The position numbers were made by a program, and so were the translations under genes. The notes below the pieces were generated by a model that saw nothing but the letters and a program-made list of their open reading frames with translations, was not told where the DNA came from and did not search any database. DNA of 63,659 nucleotides, filler included, from Octopus bimaculoides (taxonomy: Eukaryota), in the NCBI RefSeq assembly GCF_001194135.2. It is 6 parts of 5 records of this genome, joined end to end, with 100 filler letters (N's around TTAATTAATTAA, not from the genome) between each part and the next. Parts side by side here need not be neighbours in the genome. Positions count along the whole stretch, not along the records: positions 51,914 to 56,394 come from NC_068993.1; positions 56,495 to 60,388 come from NC_068986.1; positions 60,489 to 63,659 come from NC_068983.1; 3 more parts are not named here. The stretch is one strand, 5' to 3'. Numbering within the stretch: the first letter of the stretch is position 1; each line of letters opens with the position of its first letter. Positions 51,958-63,659 of the stretch are shown piece after piece.

Positions 51958-52160
51958 TGTGTCTGTGTTTGTTCCCCCAATATCGTTTGACAACCGTTGC
52001 TGCTATGTTTACGTCCCTGTAACTTAGCGGTTCGGAAAAGAGACTGATAGATTAAGTACTAGGCTTACAAAGAATAAGTCCTAGGGTCGATTTGCTCGAC
52101 TAAAAGTGGTGCTCCAGCTTGGCCACAATCAAATGACTGAAACAAGTAAAAGAGTAAAGA
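51955..52160 (+). mobile_element. SINE family B, 3' half
   Basis: AACTTAGCGGTTCGGAAAAGAGACTGATAGATTAAGTACTAGGCTTACAAAGAATAAGTCCTAGGGTCGA..AAATGACTGAAACAAGTAAAAGA. Confidence 0.88.
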
Positions 52161-52544
52161 TAGTGTTCGTTCAAAATGGTTACCCAGTTTCATTTAAATA
52201 GATGACTAATTCAAAATGAGAGTAATGTTTTGTTTACGTACATTGGTGACTTAAAACGATCTTAGTTTTAATGTGAATTTTCGCCATACAATACAGAAAT
52301 GCACACACTTGCCGCGAAGCAATGCGATGAATTTTTATGCAGTCGCCAAGCATGGCAGAAAGGGTAAGCTGTCTCCCATACGTCTTATGTCTCCCTCCTT
52401 TGTTTAACGCTGAAAACGGTGTTGGGTAACGTACAGGATGCACGTTTACCCGAGTACCCGAGTTAAATGTTGAAATTATAATCAGAACGTCTCTGGTCAC
52501 TCGTTTAATCAAACGGAACATATATCGACAACACTAGCGCAGCG

Positions 52545-52589
52545 ACGACGACAACGACGACAAACCACCACCACCACCACCAATACTAT

Positions 52590-52662
<73 letters not shown>

Positions 52663-52880
52663 ATTACTATTACTACCAGGAATCGTTCTGCCACGGCTGC
52701 TGCACCCACAAGTGCTTCACTCCAACACCACCGCCATCACATGCACCAAAACAGCAACATCCACCAACAATACCACCGCTACCACCGCTACCACTACCTT
52801 CCCTACTTACACTACCACTACCACCACCACTACCACCACTACCACCACTACCACCACTACCACTACCACCAACAACAACA
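52545..52880. repeat. Compound trinucleotide array (ACG/ACC/ACT/GCT)
   Basis: Direct inspection. Confidence 0.95.
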
Positions 52881-54019
52881 ACGCCGGCAAGAACATCAGC
52901 AACACTCAAACGACTAAAGACATTTGCAGTGAAAAAAAACAAGCTCTAAAGACGCTGTTTGTGTATTATATAAGAATCATACAAGCTTTCAGTCATGTTC
53001 ACTCAAACCTCTTCACAATATCGATGAGGAGAGACTTGCATAGGTATATATAGATTTTCCATTAGCAGCCTTCCCGATGTTCCTGTTCCTGCTGCTGCTG
53101 TTGGTGCTGTAGCTGTTTTTGTTGTGTGTTTTGTTGTTATTCTGGTTGATGTTGTTATTGTGAGCGATAATAGAAATTGCTGTCATTTTCAAGTAAACAC
53201 TTCTAAATTGAATCTTTCAAGGCGTTTTACAGTTGCTTTTGTTTTTGTTGTCGCTGTTGTAAAATACTTCATCAGGCACATTCGGCCAATTAAAATGAGA
53301 GGATTATTATCGTAATTTCGGTCAAGGTTTACTGTATGTAGCGGCCATATTGCTCTCATGGTCTTGTTTCCGTTACGAAGAAAAGAAATCATTGATCAGT
53401 GATATAGACTATCAGATGGACGAGTCACGGATTATGCCTCTACCAGGTTATTTATCTTGCTAGAAATAGTGAACTCACTCTCTCTCAAATTACGTCCAGC
53501 TGTCTGAAAAAGGAAGAGACACACAGGTTAACATATTCCTAGATATAGAACTTCAGATGGTCATGGATAGAACAATTTTTGATTAAAAGGTTTACTGAAT
53601 CAGATTTGTCTTGACGCTCAACGCTTAAACAGTAACAACAAACAATTATTAGAAGCGGCCCTGTATGTTGATGCTCGACACGTTAGAAACAGCAACCAAA
53701 TCTCCCTCATATGGCACACTTATAAGTTGATTTATTCCAAAATTCTCTATCTTAAATGCAATAACATGGCAGAATTGTTTGGAAAGTATTTGATCACAGG
53801 TGTGTATGAACCAATAGGGTTTCCGGCGCTATTAAATGACTGTTAAAATACCTAGGGATCTCAGGGCAAACTACGCGTAGTAATCCTTGAACCTGTTAGA
53901 AACCTTCTACAAATCAATACATTGTATGATGTAGTCTCAGATAAACCACGCCTGAAATAGAAAGGCGGCCGTTTAACTAGGCTTGGACAACAAAAGCAAT
54001 ATTGACAACAAAGAAATCA

Positions 54020-54220
54020 CAGACTCAATAGAGCATCGGATAAAATGCATAATTTTTTTCTGCCGGTCCTTTACGCTCTGAGCTCAAATGCTGCCAAGGA
54101 GAATTTTACCGTTCATTCTTTCAAAGTCGATAAATAAAATATAAGAGAAATACAATATTCGATGTTATCTACTAAATTCCTGTTCACAATATTAGTGGTT
54201 TTCGGTCTGTGATTGAAACA
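54020..54220 (+). mobile_element. SINE family A (diverged)
   Basis: CTTTACGCTCTGAGCTCAAATGCTGCC..AGTCGATAAATAAAATA. Confidence 0.65.
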
Positions 54221-54370
54221 ATGAATCAGGATCAAACGGGTCCGAGAACACTTTACCTTCCCTCGTGTCCTCTTTTACGGCAACAATGATCAATACTCTA
54301 CCATCACCCTCACTAGCACGATTACCATCAGTAGAACTGCCAACAAACACAACCAGAGCGCTACCACTGT

Positions 54371-54595
54371 ATTCGTTTCAAAATTTGGGGTCAAAGCCAG
54401 GAATTTCGAGAGAGCGGGATGGCAAGCCGATTGCATGAACACCCGTGCTCAAATTATATTCATTTTATCAATCCCGATAGAATGAAAAGCAAAGTCGACC
54501 TTGGGAGGATTTGAAATATAAATAAAAACGTAAAGTCGGACGAAATGCTTAGCGGCATTTGGTCCGGAGTACTAACGATTCAGCCAGCTGGCCTC
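54371..54595 (-). mobile_element. SINE family A
   Basis: Reverse complement CAGCTGGCTGAATCGTTAGTAC..GATTTCAAATCC..AAGGTCGACTTTGCTTTTCATT. Confidence 0.8.
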
Positions 54596-54604
54596 CATAT
54601 TATA

Positions 54605-54623
54605 CCATCACTCAATCTGCTAT

Positions 54624-54684
<61 letters not shown>

Positions 54685-55441
54685 GTTGCTGCTGCTGCTG
54701 CTGCTGCTACTATAATAACTACAACTACTACTGATGCCACTACTACTACTATTGCTGCTGCTGCTACTGTAGTAACTATTACAGCTACTAGCAACCACCA
54801 CCACCATCACTACCACCGCGACTACCACCACTACCACTACCACTACCGCCACGATGAAGATCACTACCACCACCACCTCTACCACTAGCGCCACGATGAT
54901 GATCACCACCACCACCACCACCACCACCACAACCACAGTCCCCTTCCACTCATGTAAAATGACAAACAGTGACAAACTTCATGAAAAACTACAACAGAAA
55001 CCTCATTAAAAGTACGATCGCAAGAAATGTCAAAAGATGATTNNNNNNNNNNNNNNNNNNNNNNNNNNNNNNNNNNNNNNNNNNNNNNNNNNNNNNNNNN
55101 NNNNNNNNNNNNNNNNNNNNNNNNNNNNNNNNNNNNNNNNNNNNNNNNNNNNNNNNNNNNNNNNNNNNNNNNNNNNNNNNNNNNNNNNNNNNNNNNNNNN
55201 NNNNNNNNNNNNNNNNNNNNNNNNNNNNNNNNNNNNNNNNNNNNNNNNNNNNNNNNNNNNNNNNNNNNNNNNNNNNNNNNNNNNNNNNNNNNNNNNNNNN
55301 NNNNNNNNNNNNNNNNNNNNNNNNNGTGGGATAATGGCAGCCGTAGTAAGATTGACGGTGGTGGTGGTGGTGGCCATGGCGATGATAGTGGTCAACGAAT
55401 TGATGATGATTGTGATGATGATTGTAGTGGTGATAATGATA

Positions 55442-55481
<40 letters not shown>

Positions 55482-55800
55482 CGATGGTAATGATCGTAAT
55501 GCTGATGACGACGATGATAACGACGATTGTGAAAATGATGATGATGATGATGATTGTAGTTGTGATAATGATAAAGATGATTATGATGATGATGATGCTG
55601 GTCGGTATTCATGGTATAGTGATAGCGATGATGGTGATGATTGTGGCGATGGTGATAATGATGATGGTAAATATAATATTTTTGCAGCTGCTAATTGTTG
55701 TGGTGAGAATAATGGTAGTGGCGGTGGTGGTGGCGGTGGTAGTGGTGATGGTGGTGGCGGTGACGGCGGCGGCGGCGGCGGCGGTGGTGGTGGCGCTTGT
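54605..55800. repeat. Compound trinucleotide arrays (ACT/GCT/ACC, then GAT/GGT/GGC) around a gap
   Basis: Direct inspection; source of the poly-T/H/D/G ORFs. Confidence 0.9.
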
Positions 55801-56494
55801 GAAAGAGTAAATGGTATGTATGTGACAAGCTCCTCCCACTTTCCGTCTGTCAAATTCCCATTGAAAGCATTGGTCGTCTGGATGGTGGTTGTGGTGGTGG
55901 TGGGGGGAGCGTATATCGTCTAGTAGAAGACACTAGCCCGAGGTGCAACACACGCGTATTGCTCAAGAGTATAAAGAGCGTACAGATTTCAATGATGTAT
56001 GATATTTTACGTAATGAAGTTAGATGCGTATATGCAACTAAAAAGCGACTAAATATTGTAAAACTATACATCTAACATATAACATATATTGTAAAACTAT
56101 ACATCTAACATATAATTGGTTCCATCTTTTGCAAGAATCATCAGCAGACAATCAATAAACTTGTGTGTAGGACAAAATTATTCATTATACGATATTTTAA
56201 TGTTTTCGTTTTCTAAATCAATAAAAAAAAAACAAAAAAACAAGAAATCCGACTTTAAGGAAATAATATTCCATGAATATATTTCATATAAATATATATG
56301 TATCCTTTTTATTATTGAAGATAGCTTTGTTAAGAGAATCCTTATGCTGCGTCATTTCAGAAATGGAATCATAAATTTATATATATATATATATNNNNNN
56401 NNNNNNNNNNNNNNNNNNNNNNNNNNNNNNNNNNNNNNTTAATTAATTAANNNNNNNNNNNNNNNNNNNNNNNNNNNNNNNNNNNNNNNNNNNN

Positions 56495-57228
56495 TACTGC
56501 CGCTTTATCAGGAACCCCTTTGCACTCTTTGTTAGCGATCTACCCGCAGAAAACAATTTAATTCCAGAGCAATTCATTGATTCAGTCAATGATAGAGGTG
56601 CAAAATGTTTTTTTTTTCCGTGAAATGTGCTCTTCTGACTTTTGGATTGAAATGGCAGTCATATTCTGATGTCGCAAAGATTACTTTTAGAGTACTGATA
56701 CCAGTTCGAACCACCTATGAGTGTGAGGCCGCGTTTTCCACTTCCCTTGCCATCAAAATGAAGTAACGAAATCGACTGGATGTCATACTAGAAATGGGGG
56801 TTGCTTTCTTCAAAACAGAGCCGAACGTAAAAGAGCTGGTCACTGCTAAGCAGGTACATTCATCACACTGAACTTTGCTGTAAATAAAATAACAGATAGT
56901 CTGCGTTTGTAAATAAATAATTTTTGATATAATTTTTTGTTGTTGTCATGTTATGTATCGGGGATTCAGGAAGAGGGATGGCTACCTTCAGGGGAGGAAG
57001 AGAAGACGGTTCTACTAAAATTGTACTTTTTTATGCATACTAGTGGTCCGAGTGACAGAAACTTCAGTACACTTTGGGATGCTATTACAATTCTTCTGCT
57101 GAAAATAGCTAAATTGGTTGAAATGCACCTCTTGGATAATGAATATGAGGAATGACCTACCAACGGGGAGGATAACATCCCAAAACATGGCAAAAGGGGA
57201 AGGTGATGCTAAAAGCTCGAGAACCACT
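56495..57228 (+). mobile_element. hAT (Buster/Charlie-like) transposon 3' part; transposase C-terminus 56495-56871
   Basis: RNPF..FW..VLIP..TTYECEAAFST..K.RNRLDV..KQVHSSH* (hAT dimerisation domain end); terminal AAAAGCTCGAGAACCACTG at 57210-57228. 5' part is in the gap. Confidence 0.85.
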
Positions 57229-57244
57229 GATATGTACGTATAAG

Positions 57245-57504
57245 TACCGTAGTTTTCGCTGTATGACCCACGGTTTCTGACTGCTAAATGGGCACAAATG
57301 GATCTTACACAGTTAATACAGGATGCTCGGTATATTTTCGGACTGTTTTTGTTTCTCATTTGTTTTGTAACCAATTAATCAACTGATTCCCCATATCTTC
57401 ATGTGTATTTACTGTATCCCTATAGGGTGTTGCGTGGATTAAGTTGTGGTTTCCGGATTTGCAGGTCTATGGGCAGTACAGTTCATAGTCCGGAAAATAC
57501 GGTA
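57245..57504. mobile_element. pogo/Tigger-like MITE
   Basis: Ends TACCGTAGTTTTCGCTGTATGA and TCATAGTCCGGAAAATACGGTA are imperfect inverted repeats bounded by TA. Confidence 0.6.
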
Positions 57505-57549
57505 CATGAATGTATGTAAATTTGTTCCAAGTTAATTATCCTGCATTTT

Positions 57550-57626
57550 CTAGAGGACCGCGAATCATCGAAAAAACTGTAAGGGGATCGGCGCGTAAAA
57601 CTTTTTGAAAAGTTTGAGAACCACTG
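57550..57626 (+). mobile_element. Second hAT-type 3' terminus
   Basis: GAAAAGTTTGAGAACCACTG is the reverse complement of a CAGTGGTTCTCAAAC-type TIR. Confidence 0.55.
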
Positions 57627-59584
57627 CTTAAGACTGCTATTAATTTGTACCTACATCTGTTAAATAAAAATATGTTTTGTACTTTTCTTCGCTTAATGTT
57701 CATCCAATAAACAGTATACTGAGTACATGGTACCGTATGACAGTTTAAGAATTTTAAATGGATTAATAAGCATCAAACACTGCTAAAGAAGTGTATTAAT
57801 TTAAATCTGTTAAATACAATTTAGTACTTGTATTTTCATATTTAATTTTATATTTTTTAAGTATATATTTAGAATGTCTCCAGAAATCCGGGACACTTCC
57901 GCTCCCAAGCTTACCGGATAATTGATCGCGTATTGTAAAATCGAAAACCGTCATAAATAACTACCCGTTTTGTCGTCTTGAACAATTTTCCATCCTCGTG
58001 TATCTCATTTAACCTTAACATTACTCTGCGTAAATGTGTGTGTGTGTGTGTGTGTGTGTTTGAGCGTGTGCGCTTGCGCATATATGCGTCTGTATTCTAA
58101 ACATCAATTTTGTAACTGGCAACACTATTATTTCTTCTAAAGCGTAAATAATCTGCCTTTTTGCAAGCATTTAGAGTTGCAATTTAACTGCATGTCTGGC
58201 ATGATTAAATGATTAAACAGACTTATGATGAAAGCCATTCAACGGTGACTAAATGCTTTTTTGTATATCAGGGACCACATTCCTACATCCTATCTTTTCA
58301 CGATCATCGGATTTGCTTTAGTGAAGTAATTACATCAAAGAAGCGGAAATCTGCTCATATAAATGCATATAAATAACATTATATATATATATGAGATTAA
58401 TGAGAGAGACGAAAGATGAAATATATATATATATATATATATATATTTGATGAAAGATATACCAACAGGGGTGGCCAAAAGTCACCTGACAGTAAATCAA
58501 AGCCATTTAATTCCAAGATTTATTAGTATTTGACNNNNNNNNNNNNNNNNNNNNNNNNNNNNNNNNNNNNNNNNNNNNNNNNNNNNNNNNNNNNNNNNNN
58601 NNNNNNNNNNNNNNNNNNNNNNNNNNNNNNNNNNNNNNNNNNNNNNNNNNNNNNNNNNNNNNNNNNNNNNNNNNNNNNNNNNNNNNNNNNNNNNNNNNNN
58701 NNNNNNNNNNNNNNNNNNNNNNNNNNNNNNNNNNNNNNNNNNNNNNNNNNNNNNNNNNNNNNNNNNNNNNNNNNNNNNNNNNNNNNNNNNNNNNNNNNNN
58801 NNNNNNNNNNNNNNNNNNNNNNNNNNNNNNNNNNNNNNNNNNNNNNNNNNNNNNNNNNNNNNNNNNNNNNNNNNNNNNNNNNNNNNNNNNNNNNNNNNNN
58901 NNNNNNNNNNNNNNNNNNNNNNNNNNNNNNNNNNNNNNNNNNNNNNNNNNNNNNNNNNNNNNNNNNNNNNNNNNNNNNNNNNNNNNNNNNNNNNNNNNNN
59001 NNNNNNNNNNNNNNNNNNNNNNNNNNNNNNNNNNNNNNNNNNNNNNNNNNNNNNNNNNNNNNNNNNNNNNNNNNNNNNNNNNNNNNNNNNNNNNNNNNNN
59101 NNNNNNNNNNNNNNNNNNNNNNNNNNNNNNNNNNNNNNNNNNNNNNNNNNNNNNNNNNNNNNNNNNNNNNNNNNNNNNNNNNNNNNNNNNNNNNNNNNNN
59201 NNNNNNNNNNNNNNNNNNNNNNNNNNNNNNNNNNNNNNNNNNNNNNNNNNNNNNNNNNNNNNNNNNNNNNNNNNNNNNNNNNNNNNNNNNNNNNNNNNNN
59301 NNNNNNNNNNNNNNNNNNNNNNNNNNNNNNNNNNNNNNNNNNNNNNNNNNNNNNNNNNNNNNNNNNNNNNNNNNNNNNNNNNNNNNNNNNNNNNNNNNNN
59401 NNNNNNNNNNNNNNNNNNNNNNNNNNNNNNNNNNNNNNNNNNNNNNNNNNNNNNNNNNNNNNNNNNNNNNNNNNNNNNNNNNNNNNNNNNNNNNNNNNNN
59501 NNNNNNNNNNNNNNNNNNNNNATATATATATATATATATATACGCACACACACATTCATATGTACATGTGCATGTATGTATGTC

Positions 59585-59691
59585 AATAGAGTTTTATTTC
59601 AAGATTTCTAGCCAATAGAGAAAGAGTTGGTTTCTAACCTAGTTCCGAGGCTCCTCCAATGGAATTTCAACATCAATAGCAAGGTATCTTT
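59585..59691 (-). mobile_element. Extremely 5'-truncated R4-like insertion (3' UTR only)
   Basis: Reverse complement GATGTTGAAATTCCATTGGAGGAGCC..GTTAGAAACCAACTCTTTCTCTATTGG aligns to 24050-24150; flanked by (TATG)n on both sides. Confidence 0.75.
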
Positions 59692-60169
59692 GTATGTGTG
59701 TATGTATGTATGTATGTATGTATGTATGTATGCACCCTGCTTTCGGTAATGGTTTTTGATATCCATGTAATGATGTGCAAACAGAAACACTTTCTATGCC
59801 CTCCTATACACCATCAAACCGAATATTGGTGATGTGACACCTAGAGAGGAATAGAACTGTACCAGAACATGAGGACATCTTGCGTGGTGATGCAGTGTGA
59901 TACTGAAAATATACCTGGAGGTGAGGTCATGTGTGACGAGTGAGTATATGAGTGGTGATGTAGTGTAGCAGCAAAGACATGTGTTATGCCATAGTATGGT
60001 ATAGTGTGGTATAGTGAGCTAGGAAAGTATATTATTAAGGTGAAAATATGAGGATGGCCTCTCCCGTCGAAGACGATGTATGAAGGCTCAGGTTTTGCCG
60101 AATGACCTGCACTAATGGTTTGTTTATAGTGATAAGATGTCGGTGCCACACATAAGTTCACTCTCCCCA

Positions 60170-60352
60170 TCAAATCGATATTGTCTGAACAAGTACATGG
60201 TGTGCCACGAGTCGGGTGTCGAAGTGAATGCAGAGCAACGTGAGATGAAGTGTTTTGCTCCAGAACGTAACACACCACCCGGTCTTGGAATTGAAACCAC
60301 GATCACGAGATCGTGAGTATAACGCCCTAACCACGAGGCTATGTGCCCTCAT
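60170..60352 (-). mobile_element. tRNA-derived SINE, family C
   Basis: Reverse complement GAGGGCACATAGCCTCGTGGTTAGGGCG..GGTTTCAATTCC..GGAGCAAAACACTTCATCTCACGTTGCTC. Confidence 0.75.
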
Positions 60353-62649
60353 GGTGAGGATAATTACATATAAATATATATATATATANNNNNNNNNNNN
60401 NNNNNNNNNNNNNNNNNNNNNNNNNNNNNNNNTTAATTAATTAANNNNNNNNNNNNNNNNNNNNNNNNNNNNNNNNNNNNNNNNNNNNTGTCCAAAAAGA
60501 GGAAAATACATCTGGTATTCATTCAAATTAGACAGAAAAGAATTTGTTAAGTAGGAGAGAATTGCAAACATTAGTGATTAGAAAGAATTAATTTTCGGTA
60601 CAAACAGTTTGCCACCCTACCATTTAATTTGCATCCACGAATGCAGATATTTCAATGACTCTTTTTCACAGATACATTTTCGGGATGTAGATTAGGATTT
60701 CTTAATGTTAGAAGCAATTTTGCAATTTACGATAGAACTCATTCGGTTTATTCAGCCATTTTCTTACATCCTTTGCCACAAGATAGATGCGACTTTGATA
60801 TGAATGCGAACTATCTCTGAAATTTGGCTCACGATCGCCATCTGGTTCAGCACTCAAGAAAATCATCTGAATGCAAATTCTTTGGAAATTAGGCATAAAC
60901 AATGATTTAATTTGTAGAAATTTTACGATTTTTCCAACTTTTCCAGAGTTTTCACAAAACATATATGTTAGTATATTTTGTCTTGTTACATATCAGCTGC
61001 TTTTAGGGGAGAAAGTGTCAGGAAAGTCTATGAATACATAATCTTAAAATCCTGACGAAAAGGTAATAAATAGGTGTCATTTTCATATTTTGTATATCAA
61101 GAGACCTCTAATTAATATTCAGTTTTCTTGAAAGCGGAGAAAGCAAAATAATCGGTGAATCATTTTTGCAGTCTGCAATATCATTTTCAGACAAATCGAA
61201 ATTAAATGTTTTCAAAATTTGCCTTGAAAACAGTATGATTTTGACGACACAAAAATCACATCCACAGATAAAAATAATTTAACATCTTCGGAACGATAAC
61301 ATTTATCATCGCTTTGGATACACATTCAAGAAATGTAAATTGTATTCAAAATAGAACTGGCACATATAGGAGATACACTATTTAAAATATTGAACCAAAT
61401 TTTCAGTTTTCAATTTATGGAGTTGTTTTATCCAGAATATACTGAATGGAAATATAAACACATTTATATGTTGGAAAGGTTACAGACGGAAATTTTCAGT
61501 GCTGAGATGTTTTCTCCTTTGTAAGTATCCCTGTTTTGTATTAATTGTATACGAAAAACGATATTTAAGTAGTTGTTTATCTATCCATTTTATGCTACCT
61601 CTCTGTGAAGCAATAATTCTAAATAGAGCAACATAAACTTTGTATCTATCTGTCCATTTTAAATAATGTAAACTTTGTAGTCAAGACATTTTATCAATCA
61701 CGTGTCTTTATTTCGTGCATGCCTTAGTATTTTATGCATCTTGCTGTACTTAAAATATAGCGAGGAAGCAGAAATTCTGCCACACAGATACAAGCGTTGT
61801 ACCGTTCTGAGTTAATTATCTAAAATGTTAAAGATGCTGTTGTTCACTTCATTTACTTCAGCCCAGATTCGGAAAACTTAAAACGATATCATTCCGAGAA
61901 ACGCCATTGATAGATATATTTTCTAATGTACGCGGATCAGTGTAACTTTGTTCTTGTAAGATACTCTGGAAAGATATGGTTGGCAGTTAAACCTTTACAA
62001 CAAATGTTTAGAATTCATTTATTTCAGACACCATATACGGTTTCGTTCACAATCATACATAGTTAAGAAAACGAGTACAATGCACTTACTAAATCGATGC
62101 AATATGCAACATTTAATGTCGTATATAAAATTGCTAGAATCAAAGAAATGGTAGATGAATTCTTACTATTCATAAATCCCAAGAAGTGTGTTTACATTTC
62201 CCTTCATTATATGTTTGGATAAAACAAACACACAAATTGAAAGATCAAAATTTGGCTTCGTATCTTGCACAGTGTATCTCTTATATATCATTTCTATTCT
62301 GGATATATATTAGATATCTTGAGTCTTTAACCATAGAAATGGATAAATTTATAGCTTCGAAGATTTTTGTTTTATCTGTGGGTGTGTTTGTGTTTATCAC
62401 AAAAAATATTGTTTTGAAAAAGAAAAAGAAACCATTTAATTTCGAATTGTCTCCAAATTATATTGCAAGATGAAATAAAATCTTTCTTTTCCCAATACGT
62501 GAAGACAATCAATACTGTTTTATGATTTTACTGATAAATATATACGCTGCAATAGAGGTACATTTTACACTACTATTACAACAAAACAATCTGACTTTAC
62601 AATATGAAGACATATTAAAATTACGTACAATAAGATATATTATTAATTT

Positions 62650-62960
62650 AATATTATTCATTTTTTATAAAAAGGAACAAAATCCAATATTTGAAGGTTA
62701 AAGTGTTTCGATTGTGTTTCCACTTTGAAACGGCTCGGTGAATTAACCTGTACCAATTGCTTGGATGAACTAGAATGGAGTGTGATATCCGGCATCCAGT
62801 CACTCTTCCCGATGATTTCTGGCTGCTTTGCTGCTGGGAGTTCTGCTGAGCACTCTTAGTCATCAGCATCACCAATGAGACTACATTCCCGTGTCCGGTA
62901 TGGATAACTGTTCTTGAATATGACTAGATGCCTATTGCACAAAATATTACTGGAGTCACT
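62650..62960 (-). mobile_element. Degraded restriction-like endonuclease fragment of an R2/NeSL-type non-LTR element
   Basis: IGDADD*ECSAELP..PEIIGKSDWMPDITLHSSSSKQLVQV matches the DW...DLP..P..I....RPDI.L.S...KQ pattern, with W mutated to a stop. Confidence 0.6.
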
Positions 62961-63449
62961 GGTTTTACTATAGCTGTAATTATCATGTGTACAATCGCCT
63001 CAAACACTCGATAATGCTTCCACATACATCTTCCTCTAGTTGCAACTACTCTGCAGAACTCAAACCGTGTTCCAGTGTCTGCCCACTGCGGCAGGGTGGA
63101 CAATCAGTATTATCAGATTTGCCCCAATTGCCTAGGTTCGTGTACGACGGCAAGAGATCATATACATATTCAAGATTATATTAGATAACATAAAATGTCT
63201 ATAATGTATAGGTATATACAAATACACGCACGTACACATATATGACCAACTCACATATATAAATTTACGACCCTCTATATACGCATGCACGTATACAGAC
63301 ACATACTGACAAACTCATATTGTATGTATACATTCACACATAAAAACAAAACAGACTACTACCTAACAAGCTCGCTCTCAATCTCCTCATGCAAGAATAT
63401 ATATACACACAGACACATTTATACACACACACACACACATATATGTATG

Positions 63450-63659
63450 CACCCATCACCGACCCTATCGCATCACCGACTCCTTCACCTGCACGTCTAC
63501 CAACATCATATATTGCCTCTCCTGCTCTCTCTGCCAATCCCTGTACATCGGACAAACGGGGCGGCGCCTGGCCGACCGATTCGCGGAACACCTCCGAGAT
63601 ATCAACGTCGGCAATGACACCCCGGTGTCACGCCACTTCCGTTCTGCCGGCCACTCCTT
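63450..63659 (+). mobile_element. Penelope-like GIY-YIG endonuclease fragment, open frame, runs off the window
   Basis: YRITDSFTCTSTNIIYCLSCSLCQSLYIGQTGRRLADRFAEHLRDINVGNDTPVSRHFRSAGHS. Confidence 0.9.

Noticed and set aside
52280-52352. FYAVAKHGRKG before a GTAAGC donor, resembling the RNase H1 hybrid-binding motif
   Set aside because: Only about 10 residues with an insertion and no continuation; indistinguishable from chance.
62654-62875. ORF MVMLMTKSAQQNSQQQ.. as a host exon
   Set aside because: An alternative frame matches the PD-(D/E)xK restriction-like endonuclease of non-LTR elements, with a stop at a conserved W.

Overview
AT-rich eukaryotic genomic DNA, very rich in microsatellites, with many scaffold gaps. 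The SINE families and repeat landscape suggest an octopus or other coleoid cephalopod (inference from recalled repeat families, not a database hit). No intact host gene can be assembled; the window reads as intronic or intergenic sequence packed with decayed mobile elements. These are two mariner elements (one internally deleted, one near-complete pseudogene), a hAT/Buster-like transposase end with a nested pogo-like MITE, several R4/Dong-like restriction-endonuclease non-LTR fragments, RTE fragments, Penelope-like (GIY-YIG) fragments and at least three tRNA-derived SINE families. Most ORFs in the supplied track are microsatellite or N-gap artefacts. I found no convincing new multi-gene system. 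The best leads are: (1) a minimal hammerhead-ribozyme fold with a non-canonical CUGUYGA core in Penelope termini; (2) a foldback element with a palindromic telomere-repeat centre and CCAAT/CRE motifs; (3) an R4-like lineage apparently inserting into (CATA)n/(CA)n arrays; (4) a 33-bp/163-bp higher-order minisatellite; (5) candidate divergent ATG-bearing exons near 29.8-30.1 kb. All translations and alignments were done by eye, and TE boundaries are approximate.
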